In this document: piece by piece, positions 43,242 to 56,309 of the stretch
How positions within the stretch are numbered: position 1 is the first letter of the stretch
How the letters are laid out: each line of letters starts with the position of its first letter
NCBI GenBank assembly: GCA_964016885.1
Contig: OZ024741.1
Coordinates: forward strand, 171,926,001 to 171,990,000
Length of the DNA: 64,000 bases
Source of the DNA: Eledone cirrhosa
Lineage: Eukaryota
Direction: 5' to 3'
Translations under genes and position numbers: made by a program
Notes under the pieces: generated by a model
Told to the model about the DNA's origin: nothing
Database searches by the model: none
What the model saw: only the letters and a program-made list of their open reading frames with translations

Positions 43242-43403
43242 CCAAACACACACACACGTACACATACATACATATATACATACATACACACACACACACA
43301 CGTACACATATAAACACAAACACACACACACACACACATACACATACATACACATACACACACACATATAAATATATACAATTATATACATATATGTATA
43401 GAT

Positions 43404-43577
43404 ATGAAAAGAGTCCGGACTCTGACGGCCGAGCTCCGGCCGTTTTGAAAGCTACATCCGAACAGTTCGGGTCTAGCTGTCAAAACGGCTGGAGCTCAGC
43501 CGTCGGGATCCTGACTCTTTTCATATTACCCACTCTACTAACCTAAGTATTGAGTACTCTAGTGCGTTATGGTCCAC
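43404..43577. repeat. GC-rich hairpin repeat family; inverted second copy at 53205-53352
   Basis: ~115-nt imperfect hairpin plus a shared tail; related fragment at ~33050-33088. Confidence 0.75.
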
Positions 43578-43583
43578 CCACTT

Positions 43584-43624
<41 letters not shown>

Positions 43625-43625
43625 A

Positions 43626-43657
<32 letters not shown>

Positions 43658-43659
<2 letters not shown>

Positions 43660-43839
43660 GTTATTCCGGGTTGAATCGGAGGTAACCACAGTAAGTAAGG
43701 TACTCAATACATTGCAGAGTATAAAAGTTTTAATATAGATGAGATTCTACAGGACTAGAACTGTTTCATTCTTTAGAAACCATCAGAGATTCCTGATGAT
43801 TTCTAAAGAATGAAACAGTTCTAGTCCTGTAGAATCTCA

Positions 43840-43849
<10 letters not shown>
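43658..43849. mobile_element. Hairpin mini-element, family C, with an HHR-like core at 43786-43838 (+)
   Basis: Arms ~43733-43786 / 43793-43849; CUGAUGA-uuucuaaagaau-GAAAC-aguucua-GUC. Confidence 0.7.
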
Positions 43850-43869
<20 letters not shown>

Positions 43870-43870
<1 letters not shown>

Positions 43871-45351
43871 GTAATAATAATAAATTTGAAGACTAAAATC
43901 CAAAGAGGGCTCGATAAGGATAAATATATATCAAATATATAAGAACCGTAGAGCAAATATTTATTAAAATAACAGATTAAAGTTTAAGCAAAGAATCGCT
44001 GCTTTCACCCTTAACGGGATCTTCTGAAACTAACAAAGTCAATCTGTAAACGCAGAAGTGAATATTTCAAAAAACGTTGCAACCGGAGGAAGAGAGGAAG
44101 ACGATACTTTGGTTCGTGGAAACGTTCCCTGGCAAAGAACGGGAAAAAGCGAATATAATACGTCATTATGTGGAGCGGTGAAAAACAATTACACGCAAAG
44201 ACAGAACCACGTTTATGGTATAAAAGAAGTCGTAGGACCTGGAAATACTCTACGCCACAGACCACATCTTAAACACAAAATCTGAGGCAATTTCGGCTTG
44301 TAAACATAAATTGCACAAAACTTTCCTGAATTACAGCCCCACATTATACCCTAACGGATAGTACGATCTATACGCGGATATTTTACGTCTTGATGTGGTA
44401 GCTAAGTATATGTTATGTTTATACCGTTACTTATTTGCATAGGTAAGTATATATTACCTGTATGTTTTGTGAAGGTATGTATACTTTGTCGTACGTATAT
44501 TTGATTGTATATTTTATGGCGTATATTTTTATATATTCTGGTACATATGCTTTTGGTTATTGTATACGTGTGTTTTGCGTCTGTGTGAGTATGCGGGTTC
44601 GTACGTATGTAGGGTGTGTGTATATGTGTACTTCGTGTTTCGGTTGACGTACGTCTCCGAACATTTGTGTATTTACATGTAGGTATGTGTGAGCGCTTGT
44701 TATATACGTATTTATTTATTTATATACGTTTATTTAATTATTTGTATACACGCACACACACACACACACACATATTTATATGTGCGTGTATTTGTATACC
44801 TATGGAGAGTCTTTAGGCGTATGCTTGTGTATGTACGTATTTGGATGCGTGTATGTATTTATTTATTTCAATTACCTCTGTATTTTATTTACTTTATTCT
44901 TAACTCTGAAGCGGAGAATCATTCGGTTTCCTAGTTAGAATTTTAGTCTACGACTTCAGTTATACCATTTACGTGGTTTTGTCTTTGCGTGCAATTGTTC
45001 TCCACGCTCCACATATGACGTATTATCTTGGTTTTTTCCGTTCATTGCCAGAGAACGTCTCTATGAACCACTTAAGAGAATATTAGTCTACAACTTCTTT
45101 TATACTATAAACGTGGTTCTGTCTTTGCGTGTAATTGTTTTTCACGGCCCCAAATAATGAGGTATTATATTCGTTTTTTCCCGTTCTTTGCCAGGGAACG
45201 TTTCCACGAATCAAAGTATCGTCTTCCTGTCTTCCTCCGGTTGCAACGTTTTTTGAAATATTCACTTCTGCGTTTACAGATTGACTTTGTTAGTTTCAGA
45301 AGATCCCGTTAAGGGTGAAAGCACCGATTCTTTGCTTAAACTTTAATCTGT

Positions 45352-45357
<6 letters not shown>
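43870..45357 (+). mobile_element. 5'-truncated PLE family P1 copy with an inverted pLTR segment (43870-44237)
   Basis: 44238-45357 matches ~26771-27980 (GIY-YIG C-terminus, 3' UTR, pLTR); the left part is the reverse complement of pLTR plus leader; flanked by (TA)n. Confidence 0.9.
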
Positions 45358-45433
<76 letters not shown>

Positions 45434-45578
45434 AGGGTTGACGGACCCAGCATATTTATCAATGCCAGTACCGGTTGTATCTCAGCGTACTCAATGGGCA
45501 ATGTAAGATACATTACCAGAGTATACACATAGTTATTTGCCTCAACACAACACACGTAAAACGGGTGCCTATAAGGTT

Positions 45579-45688
45579 CCCGGATTCGAGTTTCTGCCGC
45601 ACTAATGCAGCAGTAAGGTGCACTGCACTATCTGTCTGCATATATTATGCAACAATGCACAATCGGCTTATGCGGCTTCATCAGCGGG
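45579..45688 (-). ncRNA. Type I hammerhead motif inside a 440-bp TA-flanked insert (45431-45870)
   Basis: cccg-CUGAUGA-a gccgca..ugcggc a-GAAA-c ucga-AUC-cggg. Confidence 0.7.
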
Positions 45689-45887
45689 TATCGCCTAATC
45701 AATAACCAATCGATCGACAGAAACTAAACACCGGCCCATGCCGGTTATGACTGTTTGTGACAACCGACACGGTAAAGTGATTAACTGGCAACCGATAGGA
45801 CTCTATCTCTCAACCAGCCACAGATTTACAAATTTTACGTGGGGACGGGAAGTTAAAAGGAATCAATCTTTATATATATATATATAT

Positions 45888-45981
<94 letters not shown>

Positions 45982-47084
45982 AGATTTGAATGGATACAGT
46001 TTAGTTGAAAGTAATTTATTGACACGTGTTTCTATAACAGTTACATAACCTAAAACAGCTATCTACAAACTTTTAGTTATGCAGACATTCAATATTTCAA
46101 TGTTATTATTTACTGTCATTTCATCAGAATAATATTACTGAGGACCTATTTAGTTTTTATAGAGAATATTAGGAGGGAGGGGTGAAGTTGTTAGAAGAAT
46201 AGTTGAAGGAGTGGTTTTTCGATAGCAGTGAGAATTCTTGGTGGCAGTGAGTAATTAGATTCCCATCTGTTGTTTTGACATTTTTTATAGAATATATTAT
46301 TGGTTATTTTTCTAAATCTATAGAAGGATTAGAGATAGTAAAGATATGCGTGGTTGGTTTTGTGTTTGCACTTAACATTCAGACTTAAATTTTTCTTTCA
46401 AGTGTACGTATTCTTTCACCCACGCATTCACACACAAATATATTTGCACACCTCTACAAAATACATATACTCACAATTCGCATATTCATACTTACACATA
46501 TATACACATGCATACACATATATATACACACATGTATTCATGTACATACATACGCGCTCATGTGTATACATTTTCATACTCAACTTATCTTTATATATAC
46601 ACACGTATAGACACACACATATATACATACACACTCTAGTCCATGTGTACACACATACACATACATACACATCCATATACACATACATACATACACATAT
46701 ACATATATGTATATATATACATATATATATATATACATATATACATATATATATATACATACACATACATATATACACATATATACATATACACACACAC
46801 ATATATATATATATAAGCACTTTAATACATGAATACACTTACATCTAACTATACACATCAAACATATATATATATTTACTTATTTATATACATTTTCACA
46901 TATATATACATACTTATGGACGTTTTTAGACACATTCATTATCGCATATTTGTACCTATTCTCATCAGCATATCTTTTCATTATTAGTATGGTAATTTAA
47001 GGTTATTAATATATGTTGAGAAGAGATTGTTTTTATATTTTTCTAACTAGATTAAGGTTTATATAGTTGGGGGATGTCCCTCTT

Positions 47085-49406
47085 TTATGTAATATTCTGC
47101 TTGTAGTGGGAAAAAAGGGTTTTAGTTCTGTGACGGCAGAATAATGTTCGTTCAATTCTGTTATTCAGCAGTTTCTTCTTGTGTGTGATTATGTAATAAA
47201 TCTCAAGATTACACAATTTGCAGAAATTTTGGCTCCTGGAAAAGCTTTGGGTTTTAGCTAATTTTTCCCATTTTAGGGTAAACTTTTGATTGCTATCCCT
47301 GAGCGTCCAAGCTTTTTCTGCTAAAGTTGTTACATTTCTTTGGCTCTGGTGTTTTATTGAGTAAGAATGCCTATACAATCGAGATTTAAACGATGTTGCC
47401 GTTGATCCCACGTAATACCACTCGTTGCCTCCGGATTTAATGGTACACTTATAAATAATATTTTTTTCCAGGCAGTTATTGCCGAGGGGGCAGTTGTCAG
47501 GATAGGTGCAGTTACAGTTGTGTACGTTGGGTTTTCTCTGGAGTAGTATTGCGGACGAACTTAGGTGTGGTTTATTTATGTTCTGTAGTGTATTGTCTAC
47601 TGTTTTTTGGGGGTTCTTTGTACTTAAGTTCTTAGTGTTTTCGTTTAACCTTCTAGTATTGATCTTTTTTATGTGTTGTTCAAGGTTTAACGCTGTAGAG
47701 TATGACAGTCTTATAGTGGTAGGGTTTAGGATTTTGTGGTATTTGTGTGATGTGGGAAAATGTCTTTTAATTATTTTAAAGAAGAGTACTGGTAAATTTG
47801 TACTAATGGAGCTATTGTATTCGGGGTTATACCATAAGTACTCTTTGCATCGCTTTCTATTAGTTTTGTTTGTTGGTTTACTGGTGTGCATACTATGGTA
47901 GTAAGTGTGGTTTGGTGTTGTGTTATTATATCTACCTATGTGGGATTTATTTTGGGTGTTTTGATTGTTCCCATCTATGTACTCTATTTTGTTGAGGTAG
48001 CCTGCTTTACTAAGGGCGTTATCGTAGTACTCGGCGTGTTCCTTAAATACTTGTATGTTAGAAGATAGACACGAGATTCTAAGGGAAATATTTTTAGGGA
48101 TAGATTTAATTATAGAGATGGGGTGGTTAGACCCAACATTTACGTATTTGAGATTTTCATTCAATTTATGAAACGGTTTAATCAAACCAGAGTTTAAATT
48201 GAGTGTGACATCCAGGAAGTTAACTACTTTAAGGTTGTATTCATATGTTATAGTTAGTCCTATTTCGAGTAGTAGTTTTCTTATATCTTTGCGTAGTTTT
48301 TCTAGTTTTTGGTTATTAAGGTTTTTAGCTAGGAGGAGAACATCGTCGCGGTATATTCCGCCGTGGAGATTGCTGAATTTTTCCTGGAGTCTAAAGGCGA
48401 TAAATAACCCCACAATATCAGTTATTTCCGCCGAATCGTTAGAGCCCATTGTTATGTCAAAGTTAGAGGGTCTATCTTTACGTACCCAATAACTGTTCTC
48501 AAATTTGACTATAGTTTTCCTAGCTTCTAATATAATCTTAATTTCATCGTTTGTAAGGTCAGAGTTATCCTTAGCAAACTTAATGGCTCTATTCAAAGTT
48601 TCAGGTGATATCGATGAGTAATATTCATCGATATCAAACTGGATAAACTTAGATTTATTCTTATTGCTAATGCTATTAAACCATCTTATTGCTTCTTGGG
48701 TCTTCCCCCAGAGTTTAATGTTAACCTTAGCCTTAATTTGGGGGATGATTCTATCTAAGATATATTTGCTTATTTTACCTATATCTGATTTAGAGGGGCA
48801 GATTAATCTAATTTTAGGGTCATTATCAAAGTTTACCTTGTGGTCCTTAAGATTGAAGGTGGGTACCGCCGGTAAGAGTGGTCCTGTCCTATCTTCGATT
48901 CCGAGATTTTTCACTATTTCGCATGCCTCATCATTGATGTGCTTAAGGGTTACTTCACTCGTTTTTCTATATTTTTTATGTAATTCTTTTCGAATGAGGT
49001 TGTTGTATGTAGTGCAATCCATAGTGTACAGGTTTGATGTTTTGTCCGCTTTTACTACAATTCCTTTGGTGTTTTTAAGGTCGTCCAGTAGTTTTTTTAT
49101 ATCTTTCTGTAATTTGCTGTTGGTGTTGCGTCCTTTGAATTTAATTTTAAGGATTAAGTTCATAAGGTCCTGCTCAAATGCATCTAATAGTGGGTTGGTG
49201 GGTGGGTTTTTACAAGTCCTAAAACCGAATTTGTTGTTTACACCACTTTCTAATGTTGAGTTCATACGGCTTCTATCATAGTGGAGCGTTTTCCACCTGA
49301 CACGTCGAATGAATTCATTAGTTTTTTGAATCATGCTCAATAAATATTCCTTTCTACCTTGGGTTGGTATGTTTTTGAGTGACATATCCAGGTAGTGTTT
49401 TTCCAT
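47085..49406 (-). CDS. Intact Penelope-like RT + GIY-YIG endonuclease, 773 aa
   Basis: FIQFDIDEYY, ITMGS, GIYRDD, VNFLDVTL, CNCTYPDNCPLGNNC, NIIYKC..YYVGST..FKSRLYRH, FCKLCNLE. Confidence 0.93.
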   Translation of the reverse strand: MEKHYLDMSLKNIPTQGRKEYLLSMIQKTNEFIRRVRWKTLHYDRSRMNSTLESGVNNKFGFRTCKNPPTNPLLDAFEQDLMNLILKIKFKGRNTNSKLQKDIKKLLDDLKNTKGIVVKADKTSNLYTMDCTTYNNLIRKELHKKYRKTSEVTLKHINDEACEIVKNLGIEDRTGPLLPAVPTFNLKDHKVNFDNDPKIRLICPSKSDIGKISKYILDRIIPQIKAKVNIKLWGKTQEAIRWFNSISNKNKSKFIQFDIDEYYSSISPETLNRAIKFAKDNSDLTNDEIKIILEARKTIVKFENSYWVRKDRPSNFDITMGSNDSAEITDIVGLFIAFRLQEKFSNLHGGIYRDDVLLLAKNLNNQKLEKLRKDIRKLLLEIGLTITYEYNLKVVNFLDVTLNLNSGLIKPFHKLNENLKYVNVGSNHPISIIKSIPKNISLRISCLSSNIQVFKEHAEYYDNALSKAGYLNKIEYIDGNNQNTQNKSHIGRYNNTTPNHTYYHSMHTSKPTNKTNRKRCKEYLWYNPEYNSSISTNLPVLFFKIIKRHFPTSHKYHKILNPTTIRLSYSTALNLEQHIKKINTRRLNENTKNLSTKNPQKTVDNTLQNINKPHLSSSAILLQRKPNVHNCNCTYPDNCPLGNNCLEKNIIYKCTIKSGGNEWYYVGSTATSFKSRLYRHSYSIKHQSQRNVTTLAEKAWTLRDSNQKFTLKWEKLAKTQSFSRSQNFCKLCNLEIYYIITHKKKLLNNRIERTLFCRHRTKTLFSHYKQNIT

Positions 49407-49623
49407 TGTTGTGGTTGCGTTTGCTGTGTGGGTTGCTCGACTTTACAGGAGGTAAATATACAGTATCTTCCGTTGTGTTGTAATATACATGGAACCGTCG
49501 AGCAAACTCTACGTGAGCTGATAATCTACTGTGTGTAATATTTATATTACAACACAACGGAAGATACTGTATATTTACCTCCTGTAAAGTCGAGCAACCC
49601 ACACAGCAAACGCAACCACAACA

Positions 49624-51946
49624 ATGGAAAAACACTACCTGGATATGTCACTCAAAAACATACCAACCCAAGGTAGAAAGGAATATTTATTGAGCATGAT
49701 TCAAAAAACTAATGAATTCATTCGACGTGTCAGGTGGAAAACGCTCCACTATGATAGAAGCCGTATGAACTCAACATTAGAAAGTGGTGTAAACAACAAA
49801 TTCGGTTTTAGGACTTGTAAAAACCCACCCACCAACCCACTATTAGATGCATTTGAGCAGGACCTTATGAACTTAATCCTTAAAATTAAATTCAAAGGAC
49901 GCAACACCAACAGCAAATTACAGAAAGATATAAAAAAACTACTGGACGACCTTAAAAACACCAAAGGAATTGTAGTAAAAGCGGACAAAACATCAAACCT
50001 GTACACTATGGATTGCACTACATACAACAACCTCATTCGAAAAGAATTACATAAAAAATATAGAAAAACGAGTGAAGTAACCCTTAAGCACATCAATGAT
50101 GAGGCATGCGAAATAGTGAAAAATCTCGGAATCGAAGATAGGACAGGACCACTCTTACCGGCGGTACCCACCTTCAATCTTAAGGACCACAAGGTAAACT
50201 TTGATAATGACCCTAAAATTAGATTAATCTGCCCCTCTAAATCAGATATAGGTAAAATAAGCAAATATATCTTAGATAGAATCATCCCCCAAATTAAGGC
50301 TAAGGTTAACATTAAACTCTGGGGGAAGACCCAAGAAGCAATAAGATGGTTTAATAGCATTAGCAATAAGAATAAATCTAAGTTTATCCAGTTTGATATC
50401 GATGAATATTACTCATCGATATCACCTGAAACTTTGAATAGAGCCATTAAGTTTGCTAAGGATAACTCTGACCTTACAAACGATGAAATTAAGATTATAT
50501 TAGAAGCTAGGAAAACTATAGTCAAATTTGAGAACAGTTATTGGGTACGTAAAGATAGACCCTCTAACTTTGACATAACAATGGGCTCTAACGATTCGGC
50601 GGAAATAACTGATATTGTGGGGTTATTTATCGCCTTTAGACTCCAGGAAAAATTCAGCAATCTCCACGGCGGAATATACCGCGACGATGTTCTCCTCCTA
50701 GCTAAAAACCTTAATAACCAAAAACTAGAAAAACTACGCAAAGATATAAGAAAACTACTACTCGAAATAGGACTAACTATAACATATGAATACAACCTTA
50801 AAGTAGTTAACTTCCTGGATGTCACACTCAATTTAAACTCTGGTTTGATTAAACCGTTTCATAAATTGAATGAAAATCTCAAATACGTAAATGTTGGGTC
50901 TAACCACCCCATCTCTATAATTAAATCTATCCCTAAAAATATTTCCCTTAGAATCTCGTGTCTATCTTCTAACATACAAGTATTTAAGGAACACGCCGAG
51001 TACTACGATAACGCCCTTAGTAAAGCAGGCTACCTCAACAAAATAGAGTACATAGATGGGAACAATCAAAACACCCAAAATAAATCCCACATAGGTAGAT
51101 ATAATAACACAACACCAAACCACACTTACTACCATAGTATGCACACCAGTAAACCAACAAACAAAACTAATAGAAAGCGATGCAAAGAGTACTTATGGTA
51201 TAACCCCGAATACAATAGCTCCATTAGTACAAATTTACCAGTACTCTTCTTTAAAATAATTAAAAGACATTTTCCCACATCACACAAATACCACAAAATC
51301 CTAAACCCTACCACTATAAGACTGTCATACTCTACAGCGTTAAACCTTGAACAACACATAAAAAAGATCAATACTAGAAGGTTAAACGAAAACACTAAGA
51401 ACTTAAGTACAAAGAACCCCAAAAAAACAGTAGACAATACACTACAGAACATAAATAAACCACACCTAAGTTCGTCCGCAATACTACTCCAGAGAAAACC
51501 CAACGTACACAACTGTAACTGCACCTATCCTGACAACTGCCTCCTCGGCAATAACTGCCTGGAAAAAAAATATTATTTATAAGTGTACCATTAAATCCGG
51601 AGGCAACGAGTGGTATTACGTGGGATCAACGGCAACATCGTTTAAATCTCGATTGTATAGGCATTCTTACTCAATAAAACACCAGAGCCAAAGAAATGTA
51701 ACAACTTTAGCAGAAAAAGCTTGGACGCTCAGGGATAGCAATCAAAAGTTTACCCTAAAATGGGAAAAATTAGCTAAAACCCAAAGCTTTTCCAGGAGCC
51801 AAAATTTCTGCAAATTGTGTAATCTTGAGATTTATTACATAATCACACACAAGAAGAAACTGCTGAATAACAGAATTGAACGAACATTATTCTGCCGTCA
51901 CAGAACTAAAACCCTTTTTTCCCACTACAAGCAGAATATTACATAA
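49624..51946 (+). pseudogene. Second copy of the PLE ORF, +1 frameshift just before GIY-YIG
   Basis: A8 run at 51563-51570 versus A7 in the other arm; splits into 652-aa and 108-aa ORFs. Confidence 0.85.
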
Positions 51947-52898
51947 AAGAGGGACATCCCCCAACTATATAAACCTTAATCTAGTTAGAAAAATATAAAA
52001 ACAATCTCTTCTCAACATATATTAATAACCTTAAATTACCATACTAATAATGAAAAGATATGCTGATGAGAATAGGTACAAATATGCGATAATGAATGTG
52101 TCTAAAAACGTCCATAAGTATGTATATATATGTGAAAATGTATATAAATAAGTAAATATATATATATGTTTGATGTGTATAGTTAGATGTAAGTGTATTC
52201 ATGTATTAAAGTGCTTATATATATATATATGTGTGTGTGTATATGTATATATGTGTATATATGTATGTGTATGTATATATATATATGTATATATGTATAT
52301 ATATATATATGTATATATATACATATATGTATATGTGTATGTATGTATGTGTATATGGATGTGTATGTATGTGTATGTGTGTACACATGGACTAGAGTGT
52401 GTATGTATATATGTGTGTGTCTATACGTGTGTATATATAAAGATAAGTTGAGTATGAAAATGTATACACATGAGCGCGTATGTATGTACATGAATACATG
52501 TGTGTATATATATGTGTATGCATGTGTATATATGTGTAAGTATGAATATGCGAATTGTGAGTATATGTATTTTGTAGAGGTGTGCAAATATATTTGTGTG
52601 TGAATGCGTGGGTGAAAGAATACGTACACTTGAAAGAAAAATTTAAGTCTGAATGTTAAGTGCAAACACAAAACCAACCACGCATATCTTTACTATCTCT
52701 AATCCTTCTATAGATTTAGAAAAATAACCAATAATATATTCTATAAAAAATGTCAAAACAACAGATGGGAATCTAATTACTCACTGCCACCAAGAATTCT
52801 CACTGCTATCGAAAAACCACTCCTTCAACTATTCTTCTAACAACTTCACCCCTCCCTCCTAATATTCTCTATAAAAACTAAATAGGTCCTCAGTAATA

Positions 52899-53015
52899 TT
52901 ATTCTGATGAAATGACAGTAAATAATAACATTGAAATATTGAATGTCTGCATAACTAAAAGTTTGTAGATAGCTGTTTTAGGTTATGTAACTGTTATAGA
53001 AACACGTGTCAATAA
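52899..53015 (+). ncRNA. Type I hammerhead in the P2 3' region (mirror copy 46016-46132, minus strand)
   Basis: ttatt-CUGAUGA(52904)-ugacagu..acuguua-GAAA(52999)-c acgu-GUC-aataa; palindromic CACGUG stem III. Confidence 0.82.
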
Positions 53016-53162
53016 ATTCCTTTCAACTAAACTGTATCCATTCAAATCTTTCTATTTTTCTCCGGATTACCTTTGGAACTACAACTGGAACCGTCGAGCA
53101 AACTCTACGTGAGCTGATAATCTACTGTGTGTAATATTTATATTACAACACAACGGAAGATA

Positions 53163-53199
<37 letters not shown>

Positions 53200-53822
53200 G
53201 AGAGTGAACCATAACGCACTAGAGTACTCAATACTTAGGTTAGTAGAGTGGGTAATATGAAAAGAGTCAGGACCCCGACGGCTGAGCGCCAGCCGTTTTG
53301 ACAGCTAGACCCGAACTGTTCGGATGTAGCTGTCGAAACGGCCGGAACTCCGTTATATATATTCGTCTCATTCTGACGTCACCAGCCCTGTTTTTCCACA
53401 TGTGCATTTTATTTTCATAATCACGCATGATGTTAAACTAGCCTGCTTTTAAATTCCCTTTTTGGCATATTAATCATTGAGAATTTGGCTATCGTGTTGA
53501 GCTCTGCTGAGGATCGGATTCCAACCGTGACCATCTCCACTGAAAGTGTTCGTGAAATAGTCTTTTCAAGACTATACAGAACATTTGTAGTAGTCCCAAA
53601 TTGAAGGATGAGTATTTTAAACTTTATTTTATCATGAGTTAAGGCTCTATTGATTTTTCCCTGGATTTCACTAAATTCTGTTGGATAAATCTATATCCTG
53701 ATTCTTTTTGAATTGAGTTTGAATTATTTTTCCCACATCTTACGTTAACTATTTTCCCATTTTGACGCTATAGTCACTTATATATTATGGAATACTGTTG
53801 GCTTCTTGCTACAATACCTTTA

Positions 53823-53864
<42 letters not shown>

Positions 53865-55084
53865 TCGATGTCTGTTTATAATATTTTTGTATTGTAGGTC
53901 ATAGTAGCACCCGAGTTGCTTTTCCTTCGGTGGTATCTCATTTAACCGATGGTGGTAATTTTGACCGCTGGGTAATTGTTTCTTAATTTGGGGTGGAGCT
54001 GCATCATTACTTTTTACTTGCCTCTTGTATGGTGAACAAACTTTGATTGTTGAAATACGTAACAGCTTTTAATCCAAAGGATAATTGCATCGATTGTATC
54101 ATTTACGTCTTTCTTTTCGTGTCATTCGTTTTGTAGTGTGGCTTATGCCGCATGTCATGTTCGTCCTTTTCTTTAGACGATGCTGTGAAATTTGTGAAAG
54201 AAGGTTCGTATTTGTTCACGCGTTTTGTTTTAGTGTTGGTTTTAGAAGCTTTCTTCTTGAAGGACCTCGTGGATTTTGCTGTTGGTTTACCCCTGGTCAA
54301 ATCTGATCGAGAATCTCTACGATCAAAGACGTTCTAACAATAACTACCCCAGAGTTGTTTTGGTTGTGTATTTAGGAATGTATTTTTAATGTAATGTATA
54401 ATTTAGAGGAGATTTGGCTGATATAAATAATTTGTCGATTTGATTGTACTTCAGCGGTTAAGGACCGTAGTGTCTGTTTGAAAAAATGCCATATTAAAGC
54501 ACCTCAGTTTAAAACTACTAAATGGTAGCGTTACACTAGGATACGTTAATATGGTGTGGATTGGTGACCACCTAAACATAGGAACGATTCTCATAAAGTT
54601 GCTTCCACACAGTTTCCTTCAACATAGTTTCTGTCACAAGGCATTTTGTCAACACGAATCAATGGCGGAACATTTTTCTCAGCCAAATAGCCGTTCAGCT
54701 AGAATGAATTCGGAACCACTTATCTGCAAAACTAACTTCTTAACCACACATGTTGTTTTATCAAGATTAATGATATATATACGCTTATAGTTTCGATTTA
54801 ACTTCCAGTCAAAAACACAAAAACCACAAAAATAAACGAAACAACTTTTCTAGAAATATTCTATTTCATTTGAAGCGTCTCATTCTGTTCATCAAGACAA
54901 TTTATTATTTCAATTTTTACGTTTGCTGCTCTTTCTTTTAATTCAATTTATCTCCAACTTCATTTTCCCTCCTTCTGAAATTCTTTTTGCATAGTTTATT
55001 AACTTTAAAATTAGTTTACTTATAATGAAATATATTCCTATATAACCTTACTGTATTTCTTTTGCCTTAATGCATACCTTGCGC

Positions 55085-55164
<80 letters not shown>

Positions 55165-55171
<7 letters not shown>

Positions 55172-55387
55172 TTTATTAAAATAACAGATTAAAGTTTAAG
55201 CAAAGAATCGCTGCTTTCACCCTTAAGGGGTCTTCTGAAGATCCCGTTAAGGGTGAAAGCAGCGATTCTTTGCTTAAACTTTAATCTGTTATTTTAATAA
55301 ATATTTGCTCTACGGTTCTTATATATTTGATATATACTTATCCTTATCGAGTCCTCTTTGGATTTTAGTCTTCAAATTTATTATTAT

Positions 55388-55392
<5 letters not shown>
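55165..55392. mobile_element. Solo P1 pLTR hairpin (mini insertion) in (TA)n
   Basis: Palindrome centred near 55235 made of P1 pLTR sequence; tail ends TTATTATTACTA like the other P1 termini. Confidence 0.88.
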
Positions 55393-55425
<33 letters not shown>

Positions 55426-56271
55426 ATGTGTGTATATATATATATAAATATATATTATATATTATATATATATCGCGTGTGTGGGTATATTTGTGTGTAT
55501 ACAAACCCACACTTTTCATTCTAAAGTAGCTATAATACTTGTATTCTTGGTCTGTTTTCATTTATTTTTATATTCAACATTTTCGATTCTTACTTAGCTG
55601 TTTGCTAAAATAGCTGATTCTTATCAATTATCCCTTCTCCTTCAAAAGTAATTTTTTTCAGCATTATCATTACATGCAATGCAGTGCAAGTTGATTTGAC
55701 TAATATTAAAAAATAGTTTTTGTTTTAATATACATTTTAGAGGTATAGAGTATTCGTTTACGTCTTCCATTAAATCTGTGTTTTCACCTTGGAGTTTTGA
55801 TTCCTTAAGTAAGGAGAATATATTTATTTTCAAGTTACTGATATTGTTTTATTTTCTTATTCTGAAACTGGTTTCAGTCATCGAATCACACATATTCTAT
55901 GCTAGGGTGCTGTCGTTCATATGTTGTAGTCGATCATATTAATCCTAGTATATAATTTATTTTGTTGTTTATTTTATCAATCTCTATTCATATACACTAT
56001 ATTATCGGTTTTAAAACAGGTAAACATAAACACAAATATATGTTTTGATATATATTAATGAATTTCAGCTGTAGGAGTATTCTCCTTTTCTTGCTACTCT
56101 GGATTTGAAAACACCCCAAAGGGAGACCCTCTCTTGAAATCGTGCAGAAAATATCAGGTGATTAAAGCTTCTTGCACTCATGATATACATAATTTCGGTA
56201 TAACGGTCTCTAGGTTTTTTCACCTCTTCTTTAACACACACTCACACACACACACACACACACACACGCAC

Positions 56272-56305
<34 letters not shown>

Positions 56306-56309
<4 letters not shown>

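Larger units (their letters stand above)
45976..53170. mobile_element. Head-to-head pair of PLE family P2 copies forming a 7.1-kb palindrome
   Basis: Arms 45976-49487 and 49543-53055, 55-bp spacer; 49490-49574 repeats directly at 53086-53170 (pLTR); both outer ends run into (TA)n. Confidence 0.95.

Noticed and set aside
47506-51524. Antisense ORFs (205, 131 and 97 aa) within the PLE arms
   Set aside because: Shadow frames of the RT ORF, duplicated only because of the palindrome
52058-52117. Second hammerhead-like motif in the P2 3' UTR (uaug-CUGAUGA..AAAAC-GUC-caua)
   Set aside because: Lacks G12 and a foldable stem III; may be chance
53860-54420. Lys/Thr-rich minus-strand stretch, possibly a retroelement N-terminus
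   Set aside because: No diagnostic motif recovered
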